This document shows, in pieces, positions 21,516-32,114 of a stretch of DNA of 64,000 nucleotides; the stretch's first letter is position 1; each line of letters begins with the position of its first letter. The stretch comes from Flectonema sp. DT1601. Lineage: Eukaryota. The stretch spans positions 496,001-560,000 of the forward strand of contig OZ025800.1 in NCBI GenBank assembly GCA_964019425.1, read 5' to 3'. The notes under the pieces are model-generated. The model was given only the letters and a program-made list of their open reading frames with translations. It had not been told where the DNA came from and ran no database searches. A program made the translations under genes and the position numbers.

Positions 21516-21740
21516 ACCATGTCGACAGGAGGCAACGTTCCAATGTACGACATGAACTTTTATTTGTCCACCGCAGGGTTCGCGGACTTCGGAAATCCGC
21601 AGATGTTGCTAATCCTAAGGTTCATCGGAGATATCCGGGGTTCCATCAAGTCAGGCTGTATAAGACACTGGCTTTCCCGCTGACTATCAATGCCAGGATG
21701 TAGGCCAGCCCGGTAGCTTTGGGTTGAGGCGAGTCGGGTT

Positions 21741-23080
21741 AAGTTGCCAGGTGATATTTGGACTGTTAAGGCCCTCCCTGAAAAGCAAGAATAAAAAAAC
21801 TACTCGCACCGGTGTGGTGCAGGGGATATAGGCAATTTTTTTGAGATCAGCCTTCCCTTTCCACATTGCCATGGAGCATCTTCATCCATCATCTCCAATA
21901 CCGCTCTGTGTGACTGCAGCAAGCGGTGAGAAACAAAGAAGTAATGGTGCAAACCTGTTTGTTTTTGGCTAAGGTCAACCGCAAAGTCACACAGAGACAT
22001 CGAAGAATCAGCATCATCGCTGGCGCTCCATGCATGTTGCAATGTGGCAACAGCCCTCCGTCCCTCATCTGCACTATGTTTGTGAGCACAGAGCAGCCTC
22101 TTCTCTTCCCTGCAAGCACACTTGGTCATGAGGTGGATGGCATGTGAAGTTGGAGAAATCTGCCTCCTCATGACCCAAGTGACTCACGCTGCTGTCAACT
22201 AAGCCAGAGCAGGCTTAGGCAGCACTTGGTCCAGATGGACAAGTGTGCTAAGGCTGCTCCAATCACGCTCGCAATCATATTTTGCATTAGGATGCAGGGT
22301 TCTGCACTGTTGAGTTGTGGTGGTTGAGATGCTTGATCAGTTTAGTGTCATGATCAGGGACAACGAAAGACACAAAAAGAGAACAACATAATACAGAAAT
22401 AAAAAATAATAAATAGGGGCTTACATCAAATGAATGCCTAAACTGCAATCATATCGACATCGAAGCTCTTGTCATCATCATCATTGTCATCACATTGTCA
22501 ATATCAGTCGGTCTGGTCGGTCTTTCTTTTTTTTTGGTTTTGTGTGTTGTGGTGCAGGTGATATAGGCAATCTTTTTGAGATCAGCCTTCCCTTTCCACA
22601 TTGCCATGGAGCGTCCTCATCCATCATCTCCAATCGATACCGCTCTGTGTGACTGCGGCGAGCGGTGAGAAAGAAACAGCGCTGTTGAGTTGTGGTGGTT
22701 GAGATGCTTTATCAGTTTAGTGTCATGATCATGAACAACGAAAGAAACAAAGAGAACAACAGAATACAGAACTAATAAATAATAAAAAAGTCGCAATTAA
22801 AAAAATAAATAAGGGAAGTCAAGGTTCTTCTCTCTTTGAGAAGAAGGAAATCAGGATAAAAAACTGAAAGCAGAGTGAAGATCATGCCCAGATCTGCAAA
22901 AGCACTAATTCCTTTAAAAAACCACCAGCTCCACACAACAACTTTTAAAAAATTGCAAGCTCCGCACACAAAGTTTTCAAAAACGACAAGCTTCACACAA
23001 ATGAGTTGGAGAAATCTGCCTCCTCATGACCCAAGTGACTCACGCTGCTGTCAACTAAGCCAGGCTTAGGCAGCACAAGT
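21741..23080 (-). mobile_element. Patchwork of degenerate retroelement remnants (probably ingi-like 3' region)
   Basis: Internal duplications (~21812-21935 vs ~22548-22672; ~22307-22410 vs ~22682-22780). Degenerate C2H2-like SLCDF...LHHYFFVSH. Reversed satellite-2 fragment at ~22915-23000. Confidence 0.5.
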
Positions 23081-23166
23081 GAACTGAGGGCAGCCCCGAG
23101 AAAGTACAGCTGCGAAGATTTAGCAAAGTCCTCCACAAGAAAGTTTCCGTTGGCAGAGATCGAATT

Positions 23167-23590
23167 TTGGAGGTAAGAGAGAAGGTGTTTCGTTCAGAAG
23201 AGGCGGAGGTTTCGACTTTAATCGGAAGCCTTATGAAGAATCAGATCGAGGACCAGGTGAAAAAGATACAAAAGGGTCAGAGCAAGGAGTACGAGTCGGA
23301 CTTAAACGAATCGCTGTTAGTGATGGAGCAGATCGCAGGAAAGATCTGGGCTCAAAGCACAATGAGAAGTCGACATGTGGGATCACCTATTGATTTGAGT
23401 GGATCGGTGAATCAGGACACAGTCGCTCTGTTTGTGACAGCGAAGCAAAGGTATCGAAGCAAGGGATGCTGGCTTATGCAAAGCCGTTCTCAGGCATGTT
23501 GAAGAGAATGGGATTGGAGAGCGAGACACTAAAGCAGTTGGCAGCGGCTTTGAGGACAGACGGAGCGGCGATTCCTTTAAATCAGGCTTT
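23167..23590 (+). pseudogene. Frameshifted remnant of a second, divergent VIPER-like tyrosine recombinase
   Basis: KIWAQSTMRSR...VALFVTA then, in a shifted frame, MLAYAKPFSGMLKRMG...LAAALRTDGAAIPLNQA. This aligns to KMWASKTTASRR...AVLFVMA...LLSYAKSLSAVMGRIG...LAAALRANGAAIPLEQA of the 12021-13265 YR. Confidence 0.8.
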
Positions 23591-23720
23591 TATGGAGGTA
23601 GTTTTGAAAGTTTCCACCTTAAAAATGATTGTATGAAGACATTGGTTAAGTCCAAGAAGTTTGATAAATTAAATTCTCATTTTATTTCATTACAGCAAAG
23701 GTTGGTATCATATACTAAAG

Positions 23721-26312
23721 ATGAAGTCTGTAGCCATATTGTTAGCAGCTGTATTTGCACCAGTTAGCGGTGTTTTAAGCACATTGAATACAGCTGAGAT
23801 ATTGACGTGTGGTACTAATACTGATTGCTTTGTTGGCACGACGAGTAACGCTGAAGAATGCTTAGCCAATCTGAAATGTAAGGTTGAAGCAAACATTTGT
23901 GAGCATTTTGTTCTTAATAGTAACAGTTTCCCAAGGTGTAGAAAGGCTTCTGAAGACGGGAATACTGTGGTGACACTTTATCAGTCACTAAAAACAACAG
24001 GTCAGAATTGTGACTTGGCAAAATCTGAAGAATTCAAAAATAAAATAAAAAATGACGCAACTTTATTAAAAGATATCACCCACACAACGGTTGTACTTTG
24101 TGCTAATAATATCCGTCGCACTTCAATAAAAGTCGATGTAAAATTGCAAGACTTACTCGGTACAGATGCAAGGTACCGTGATCTTGGAAGAAACATCGAA
24201 AGCGCAGTTGACAGCGATGCCAATTTAAAGGATGCAATTGGTACCTTCGATAGATTAAATGCGGGTCTTTCGGAGGGTCTAAAGGGAGCTTGTTCCTTGA
24301 GCGCTGGTGAGTCACTAAGAGTTCCTTTTGGAAATCCACTTTCAACGACTGTTGCTGACAGAGAATGTCGTGTAGTTGAATGCCAGTCGGGATATTCTTT
24401 TGATGCGGCAGATGCAACCGCATGTAGAGGTCCTGGTCAAGTACAGACGGATACAATAACGACTTGTGGTACGACCAGCGACTGCCAGGGCTGCACCAAC
24501 CAATTTGTCTGTGGTTGTGATCTTTCAGCCAATGGCAACACTATTAAGTCATGTGGGACACTAAACGATAGAATATCTCTCCACTATGTCTTAACTCACG
24601 GTGCTATGATTGGAGATAGTTCAAAGCAAGTCGACTGCACTAAAATATTGGAATTTGAAACACCACTAATCGAGTTAATAAAAAGTGTTGAACAGACAGC
24701 AAAAGCTGTTGTAATTTGCAACAACAACAAATTGAGTTCAGTTGTCACTCTCTCAGCTGATAGAATCTCTGACGTGTTGGCTGCTAGTAGTAGATTCATT
24801 CAACTTGCGTTGAATGTAAATCAAAAACTAATTGAAGGAACCAACACCAGACTAAAAGCAGCTGGTGCTGTTATCAATGCTCACGTGGGAACTGATTTAT
24901 CATTTCATCACTTGTGTCCAAATATCGTAGTTACTTCATTAAGAGCGCCTCTATCATATGAGAACCACCTACATGCTACTAGTGACAGAGAGTGTGCGAC
25001 AGTAAACTGCGCGACTGACTACGAGTTAACGTCATCGGGTATTTGTTCTTTCAAAGTTAGTGCACTCACCCCTTCAGAAATTGTCACTTGTGGTTCGACT
25101 ACTGATTGCGGAGTGAGTGACGTGAGATGCAACAACTACCAATGTAGCAGTACCTCTACGGCAACTTGCAATCACTATGCAAGCAACGGTAAAACCTTTG
25201 CTCTGTGCAACTCAGCAACGGTTGTCACCGATCAGACAACGACTTTACTTTTTGTGTTAAATCACAGAAGTCTTCTTCCCACAAAGATTGTTGACTGCAG
25301 TAAGTTTGATGAGTCTGCTTACGATACTTTACTAAGGAGTGATAGTGTACTCAAAGGAAAAGTAACAGACGCTGAGTTTGCAACACTTGAAACATTTCAT
25401 AATTGTGTCACAACAGGTACTCGTCAGGAACTAAAAACAGTTGTTAAGATTGAAGCTCGTATTAATAATTTATTAACAGCAACCGTCTACACCAACTTAG
25501 GTGCGAACATCAACACCGCACTCGCAATTTCTACCGATGACAAGCTAAAGCCTGTTGGAGAAGTGTTCACAAGTTTTGCCGGTACTGAAGAAGCATTCAA
25601 CTCTCTTTGTCCTCTGGGAGGCGGACAAAGTATAAGCGTTCCATTTTCATCTGAGAATTACAAGTCAGCAGATGTGAATTTTAGGGACTGCAAAGCCATC
25701 AAGTGCATTTCTGGTTTTTCCCTCGTATCGCCAAACTGCCTGCCCGCTGGAAACGACTCTCCGAGAGATCCAATCGTGAATGGTGATACAGATATTTCAT
25801 TCGACGTGACAGGTGAATTAGCAACAATCGGGAAACAGAGCGATAAATTCGTCCAATCTACGAACACTGCTCTAGCGACAAGTGATGCCAGATGCAGAGA
25901 AATTTGTCTGTTGTCAGGATTTGGGTGTTTAACATGTGATGCGGCAAAGGCACTAATTAGAGAACCAACCACTTTAGCAGTAAACAGATACAAAGTAAAG
26001 TTGAGTGCCACAACTGTGAAATCTGCTGTTGATGCAATTAATGACTTGAGGACTACATTACGGGCACTATTTGTTTCTTTGGCTAGTCAGAGTGTGATCT
26101 TAACTTTGCACGAGGACTCTATCACAATCACAGCAGACCCTGCCAGTGATGACGACGGTTTATCTGGTGGAGCTATTGCGGGAATTGTTGTCGGTTGCGC
26201 TGTATTTATGGTGATCGTCGTGGTCATGATTTTCTGTTTCTGTTTTAAAGGAGTTCCATATGACGATACTTCAGAGAGCGGCGCTGAAAAAACAAATCCC
26301 GATCAAGTCTAG
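23721..26312 (+). CDS. Cys-rich type I membrane surface protein (863 aa, three ~210-aa modules)
   Basis: Signal peptide, modules starting TCGT/STxDC, TM segment LSGGAIAGIVVG..., tail KTNPDQV. Paralog of the tandem genes at 39081-51260. Confidence 0.9.
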   Translation: MKSVAILLAAVFAPVSGVLSTLNTAEILTCGTNTDCFVGTTSNAEECLANLKCKVEANICEHFVLNSNSFPRCRKASEDGNTVVTLYQSLKTTGQNCDLAKSEEFKNKIKNDATLLKDITHTTVVLCANNIRRTSIKVDVKLQDLLGTDARYRDLGRNIESAVDSDANLKDAIGTFDRLNAGLSEGLKGACSLSAGESLRVPFGNPLSTTVADRECRVVECQSGYSFDAADATACRGPGQVQTDTITTCGTTSDCQGCTNQFVCGCDLSANGNTIKSCGTLNDRISLHYVLTHGAMIGDSSKQVDCTKILEFETPLIELIKSVEQTAKAVVICNNNKLSSVVTLSADRISDVLAASSRFIQLALNVNQKLIEGTNTRLKAAGAVINAHVGTDLSFHHLCPNIVVTSLRAPLSYENHLHATSDRECATVNCATDYELTSSGICSFKVSALTPSEIVTCGSTTDCGVSDVRCNNYQCSSTSTATCNHYASNGKTFALCNSATVVTDQTTTLLFVLNHRSLLPTKIVDCSKFDESAYDTLLRSDSVLKGKVTDAEFATLETFHNCVTTGTRQELKTVVKIEARINNLLTATVYTNLGANINTALAISTDDKLKPVGEVFTSFAGTEEAFNSLCPLGGGQSISVPFSSENYKSADVNFRDCKAIKCISGFSLVSPNCLPAGNDSPRDPIVNGDTDISFDVTGELATIGKQSDKFVQSTNTALATSDARCREICLLSGFGCLTCDAAKALIREPTTLAVNRYKVKLSATTVKSAVDAINDLRTTLRALFVSLASQSVILTLHEDSITITADPASDDDGLSGGAIAGIVVGCAVFMVIVVVMIFCFCFKGVPYDDTSESGAEKTNPDQV

Positions 26313-26919
26313 TCTCGGACAGATCTAAACCTTTTCTTATTTTATTATTTCAGTGAAAATAATATTTCGTTATTTAATGTCATTATATTATCATTATAGC
26401 AGCCTGAGAGTTTACGGAATATTTTCCCAACCGTTGCTTCTTGTGATTAAAAAAATGAAATTTAACTTTAAACTGTAATTCAGTATCGTGCGATTTGATA
26501 TTTTTTTTGTTTACATATAGTTATAAGCTGTACGGGATTTACTGAGAGCGTTTTTTAAAAAAGAAAAGTGGGATGCATATTCTTTTGTAGTCCCAATAGG
26601 AAAAAAAAAATAGATCAAAATCTTACAAATTACTCCGCCTTCAGTTTTGGTTCTGTTCGTGTGCAGTTCACCACCTGCTCTTCTTTCTGTTTAAGTACTG
26701 GAGTCAGTCTTCAGCTGTGTGTCTATGATGTGTATGATAATTAAAGGAACATATTGAAAAAATTAAACCAACGGTTTAGTTCTTCCTGGAGTAGATACCT
26801 GCGGGGGTTTGGGGTTTCTGAAAGGAGGTGGTTTCCTTTAGGATTTTGTGATTGGTTAGTGTTAGTTATTTATTTTTGTTTTGTTTTCCCATTTCAGCCC
26901 CTACACACATGCCGCAAGT

Positions 26920-29900
26920 ATGTTGACAGGTTTTGGGAAGCTACTCCAGCGGCAGACCTACACTTTGTTGGGTACAAAATGGGGACTTTTTGTGTTGTTA
27001 TTATTATGTGTGATAACACTAAATGGATCTCTAAGGCTGATTGATTCTGCTCTTGATCTGAATATCACTTATCCAACGTGGACAAGTAAACGAGATTTCA
27101 GAGACAACATTGCGAAGAGAAGCTTTGAAGATTATCTCTGTCATGAACCAATTGATGTTGTCTACACTTGGGTGAATGGTTCTGATCCATGGATGCAAAG
27201 TAACCTTCAGAGGTATAGATTCCTTGAGCAACAGTCTTTGTATGAGGAATTTGAGAATAGTACCTTCGACGAATCGAAGGTTAACCCAAGTAGGTTTCAA
27301 GACAATCAGGAATTGAGGTACTCTCTGCGGTCTCTTATTCAGCATGCTGGTTGGATTAGAAATATTTATATTGTCACGAATGGTCAAATTCCGCATTGGA
27401 TTAATATTAATCATCCGAAAATAAAAATAGTAACCCACCATGATATTTATTTAAACAAATCTCATCTTCCGGTATTCGCATCTCCTTCAATTGAATGTCA
27501 CTTACATCGAATTCCTGATCTGTCACCTCGTTTCTTATATCTCAATGATGATACTTTCTTTGGTCGTCCTGTTCATCCTGAGGATTTCTGGTCAGCTGTT
27601 GAAGGTCATAGAATATTCTTTGCTTGGCCGGTTCCAAATTGTGCTGAAGGATGTCCTCAGACTTGGGTTGGTGATGGTTATTGTGACAAGACTTGTAACA
27701 CTGAAGAGTGTCAATGGGATGGTGGTGACTGTCAGGGGAAAAATAAACAAACTAACTCACCTCCGACACATTACTCATACGCTCCGTCACCAAGTGGTGA
27801 TGACCAATGTCGTTCTGGTTGTCCAGATTCTTGGCTTGGTGATAAATTTTGTGATAAAAATTGCAACTATCTAGAATGTGGATTCGATGCAGCAGACTGC
27901 TCTTGGGATGATGCTCTCGCTCAGCTTTCTGTTATAAATGTTAATGAACAACAGACAGGGTACATACTTCCTTATCAGGCTGTTTTCATTGCTAATTTGA
28001 CTTCAGTTTTCAGCCACGACGAAAGCATCACTGGCGGATCATTCGACACTAACATCTTCAGGTCAGCTACCATCAGTCAAGCGACTAAGATGTTAATCTT
28101 AATTTGTAATCTAAATAAGAAACACACCAGTGACGTCATCACACTAATCGAGTTGACAGGAAACAGAAAAAAACCAGACGGTGAACTTCTAGAAATAACA
28201 ATCCTATTTAACATAACTCTGACGATTGAGGCGGTTAATGTTACGGTCACTGAGTCGTTGGAAAATAATTTTGATACCTCAAGGCACCTTTCATCTATTA
28301 GAGGTAATGAATATAAAGTACGTAAGAGTATTTCTGTTGTACATGATTTTATCGCACCCAACAGTGATGTTGGAGCAACTCCTCCAGAAAACTTACTTCA
28401 AACGGAAGACGATCATCGTCAATGGTATGCAAAAAAACAAATTCACAGTCGAAAATTATCACAGTTAGGAATGTCCACTCACTCTGAATCTGAGTCGTGG
28501 AAATTAATAAAAAATCTTTGGGCTGAACAGTACGGTAGTTTACTTAAAAATGATGATCTGGAAGAAGAGTTACAAATATCAAAAAGAAAACTATTGGACA
28601 CCTTTGGAGACTCCTTAAAACACGTTAATCGACTACTGACAACCCGTTTTGGGGCATCGTCAAGAAAAGTTCCCTCCCACATGCCTCATTTCATAGACTC
28701 ACAAATAGTAAGAGAGATGCACTCTGAATGGTCAAAAGAATTTGAAGAAACTTCTTCACACAGATTTAGAGATAGAACTGATATGCAATTCACGTTTACT
28801 CACATGTATTGGATTACTCATGCGACGAATAAGAAGAATGACTATGCGTTTTTTACAGAACGTTTAGACATTAACCGCAACGGCGTCCTAGACCAAAGTG
28901 AGTTAAGAAGCACAGCAATCATTCTCTGGGATAAGAAAGTCTCAATTGAGCTGATGGAGAAAATACTTTCTCCAGACTTTCTGGATACCCCCGAGGAGTC
29001 TTCTCCTGAAGATGAGAGTTGGAGGTTTAAAAATTTAAATGCTTCGATCCTATCAAAGTGGAGAGCTAATTTAACCGGAGTGTCTCACAACAGTCCAGAA
29101 CCAAATTATGAAGAAGTACCACAAGAATTGTTGGAAAAAGAGTGTCAGTTTGGGAATTCTCCTCAAGACGTTGACACTGAAGATGATGTGACACAAACTA
29201 AAGTAAGTATTACTCCTACAGAGACGGGAGAGTTGTTACCGCCATTGAGATGCCACAATGAAACTGTTTTATTAAACTCAACAACAACAACAACAAACGG
29301 AACATTACTTCAAGAACAAGTACAAAGACTTGTATGTGATAGAACATGGCTTCAGAATGAAGAATTGGAAACTGAAGAAGTTGAACCTCCAGTCTGGACT
29401 TGGAAACCACCACCTCCTGATGATGATCAAGAACCAACAATGGGATCTGATTATGTTAGTATGGTTGCTGCTTTAGTGGAGTTAGCTGCCGCGGGAGTTA
29501 AAAAAGATCGACTAATCAGACCCAGCATGACAGGAAAGCTAACAGCATACCACTTTGCCAACAGTCACATTGCTGAACTTCTTCAGGAAGGAAATGAAGA
29601 AAAACGTTACAAGTCAGTCATAATGGATGAAGACGATATCTCCTTCTTTATGGTTAGAGATAATGCAACTGTTGCACAAAGACAGATGGATCATATGCTT
29701 CTAAAGAGAAGTAAATTTATGTGTATTAACGACAACATGAACCACTCTAATCCTGCAGCCTCAGAAGTAAAGAAAGTAATCTATGATTTCATGAATGATT
29801 ATTTCCCTATTCCAACTGAATTCGAGCTTCCAGATGGTGTTCAAAATAAACATCTTCACACTTTTGAGTATTCACCTGATGAACAAAGACAATACGGATG

Positions 29901-30153
29901 GGGACTCCCTCGTGGATTGGATCCTCTTTTTGAACAGTCTATGATAAGAAAGGGACAGCCGCATCCTGGTTACACAGATGATTATATTTTTAAAAAACGA
30001 ATTCCGCCTCAAACCGTGTTTGCTTATATCTCCTTGTTATGGTTCTTGATTGGTTTTGTGTTAGTCATTTATGTTGTTAGTGTGATTCGAACCAAATTAT
30101 CAAATTTATTGTTTCGTAGCAATCCGCATCCTGTTCCTTCAGCAATGTGCTGA
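26920..30153 (+). CDS. GNPTAB: UDP-GlcNAc:lysosomal enzyme GlcNAc-1-phosphotransferase alpha/beta precursor (Stealth family)
   Basis: N-terminal KLLQRQTY plus TM; Stealth CR1 PIDVVYTWVNGSD; CR2 SRFQDNQELRYSLRS; two LNR/Notch repeats; RKLL|DTFGDSLKHVN; EF-hand; CR4 KFMCINDNMNHS; C-terminal TM. ATG at 26920 follows a pyrimidine tract and AG. Confidence 0.93.
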   Translation: MLTGFGKLLQRQTYTLLGTKWGLFVLLLLCVITLNGSLRLIDSALDLNITYPTWTSKRDFRDNIAKRSFEDYLCHEPIDVVYTWVNGSDPWMQSNLQRYRFLEQQSLYEEFENSTFDESKVNPSRFQDNQELRYSLRSLIQHAGWIRNIYIVTNGQIPHWININHPKIKIVTHHDIYLNKSHLPVFASPSIECHLHRIPDLSPRFLYLNDDTFFGRPVHPEDFWSAVEGHRIFFAWPVPNCAEGCPQTWVGDGYCDKTCNTEECQWDGGDCQGKNKQTNSPPTHYSYAPSPSGDDQCRSGCPDSWLGDKFCDKNCNYLECGFDAADCSWDDALAQLSVINVNEQQTGYILPYQAVFIANLTSVFSHDESITGGSFDTNIFRSATISQATKMLILICNLNKKHTSDVITLIELTGNRKKPDGELLEITILFNITLTIEAVNVTVTESLENNFDTSRHLSSIRGNEYKVRKSISVVHDFIAPNSDVGATPPENLLQTEDDHRQWYAKKQIHSRKLSQLGMSTHSESESWKLIKNLWAEQYGSLLKNDDLEEELQISKRKLLDTFGDSLKHVNRLLTTRFGASSRKVPSHMPHFIDSQIVREMHSEWSKEFEETSSHRFRDRTDMQFTFTHMYWITHATNKKNDYAFFTERLDINRNGVLDQSELRSTAIILWDKKVSIELMEKILSPDFLDTPEESSPEDESWRFKNLNASILSKWRANLTGVSHNSPEPNYEEVPQELLEKECQFGNSPQDVDTEDDVTQTKVSITPTETGELLPPLRCHNETVLLNSTTTTTNGTLLQEQVQRLVCDRTWLQNEELETEEVEPPVWTWKPPPPDDDQEPTMGSDYVSMVAALVELAAAGVKKDRLIRPSMTGKLTAYHFANSHIAELLQEGNEEKRYKSVIMDEDDISFFMVRDNATVAQRQMDHMLLKRSKFMCINDNMNHSNPAASEVKKVIYDFMNDYFPIPTEFELPDGVQNKHLHTFEYSPDEQRQYGWGLPRGLDPLFEQSMIRKGQPHPGYTDDYIFKKRIPPQTVFAYISLLWFLIGFVLVIYVVSVIRTKLSNLLFRSNPHPVPSAMC

Positions 30154-30690
30154 GTAGTATGTTTGTGAAGTAATTGCTACAAAAAAAAAAAAGAAGGGAA
30201 ACAAAAAACAAAAAAAACCCAAATATTTTCTTATCAGTTATCTCATAACTATTTAAGGCAGCGTTTTCTTGCTGGTCATCGCACTGGTTCCCAGCAGATG
30301 GTTTCCAATCTGCGGGGGGAATACTTCTTCAGAAGATTCAAGAACAACTTTGTCCCCATTTTGTTATTTTGACTTTAAGGAATGAGGTGAATGGAAAGAT
30401 AAAGAAGATCAGTTGAAGGAAACAAAAAAAAAAAAAAATTGAATAAAAAAAAAAAAAAAAAAAAAAAGCACCGAAAAAAAAAGTGTACCGTGTGAGTCAG
30501 CTCTTAGCGTACCGAATATGTTGTCGTGGAAAAACAAAAAAACCTTAGTAGGAATTATGTTATTATTATTGTGCAGTTTGACAGACAAATGAAGATCTCT
30601 TCCTGTAGTGTTTCGTACAGGGATATATAAAAGGTAGTTAGTTATTTAATTCATAATTTAATAAATCTCCACAGCTATCACTACTACAAG

Positions 30691-31546
30691 ATGCAGGCGT
30701 TCAGATCCGCAGCGACAAAGATTGCGATGCCAGCCTTTAAGGCGGCTAGCTCAGCACCAATCAACACTTTTGATTACTCCATGAAGTTTGAGTCTGGAGA
30801 CAAGACCATCTCCCCTTGGCACGATATTCCTCTCGTTGAGGCCAGCCACGCCAGCAACGTTTTCAACTACGTCAACGAGATCCCTGTCGGAACCAAGGCA
30901 AAGATGGAGGTCGCCACCAAGGTTGAGCAGAACCCAATTAAGCAGGATATTAAGAAAGGTAACTTGAGATTCTTCACATACGGTGACATTCCTTTCAACT
31001 ACGGATGTGTTCCACAGACTTGGGAAGATCCAAACATTAAGATCGAAGCCTGTGGTGGTGCCGGAGGAGACAACGATCCAATTGATGTTGTTGAGTTGTC
31101 AGGACAGAAGACTGAGATTGGTCAGGTCTACCCAATCAAAGCTCTCGGTGTTCTCGCAATGATTGATGAAGGTGAGACTGACTGGAAGGTTGTTGCTCTT
31201 CCAGCTACTGAGGAATTCGCAAAGTTCAACACCCTCAACGACCTTAAGAACGATGCCAAGTTCAACAAACACCTTGCTGAGGTTGTTCACTGGTTCAGAT
31301 ACTACAAAACCACAGACGGAAAGCCAGAAAACTCCTTCGGATTCAACTCTGAATTCCAGGACGAATCGTATGTTTTATTTAACTTTTTTTTAAAAAAAGT
31401 ATTGAAATGTTTGTCGTTTTCTTTATCAACTAACAAAACAATCCAACAGTTACGCCCAGAAGGTCCTCGAGGAGGGATACTACCAGTGGGAAGCCTTGAG
31501 AAACGGAAAGGCTGAGAACCCAAAGAACCTTTGGATCGGAGCATAA
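30691..31546 (+). CDS. Family I soluble inorganic pyrophosphatase, probable mitochondrial presequence; join(30691..31367,31450..31546), 257 aa
   Basis: ISPWHDIPL, NYGCVPQTWEDP, GDNDPIDVVE and IDEGETDWK motifs. An 82-nt GTATGT...CTAAC...CAG intron restores the C-terminus SYAQKVLEEGYYQWEALR...WIGA. Confidence 0.93.
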
Positions 31547-32114
31547 ATATCTAACTGATAAGTTAGTCACGTGGAAAAAAAAAAAAAAAAAAAAAAAGCT
31601 CCACGCAATAAAAAGGATATTTCTCATGAAAATCCCAGCGATGGCACAGCGTTTGATTTTTTTCCCGTCGGGTTACTTCGTCTGGTGTTTTTAAAAAACA
31701 ACAACAAATAGTTCCCTTTTTCCCCTTTCGAGTTGTCTGAAAGGATTATTTCAGAACAACGTGTGTTACTTTCCCTCTCACCTTTAGTGACAAAAAAAAA
31801 GTGTTTCTTCTTGTTTTTTATTTTTTCTTTTTTGAAATGACTGGTGTCCAGGTATTCCACACTTCCATTTCATCAATTGAGGTTATCATTCCCTTCAGCG
31901 GTAAGAAGGCGATCAGGTGATGTACCGATAGTTCCCCATTTTCTTTTTTTTTTTTTTTTTTTGAATTCTGACGGACGTTCGAGTGCGATTCTCGTTTCGA
32001 AGTTATAACCGAGCTAATAAAACATTTCAACCTGCGATATCATTATCCCCAATTAGGTACCACACCATATGCTGATTCGTCTCGCACTTTATATTTAAAA
32101 TTCATAAACCTAAC

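Noticed and set aside
1..23600. Telomeric repeat tract
   Set aside because: No tandem TTAGGG/CCCTAA arrays seen.
31368..31515. ORF-track C-terminus of the pyrophosphatase (YVLFNFFLKK...)
   Set aside because: Read-through of an 82-nt GT-AG intron; the spliced frame gives a better C-terminus ending at 31546.
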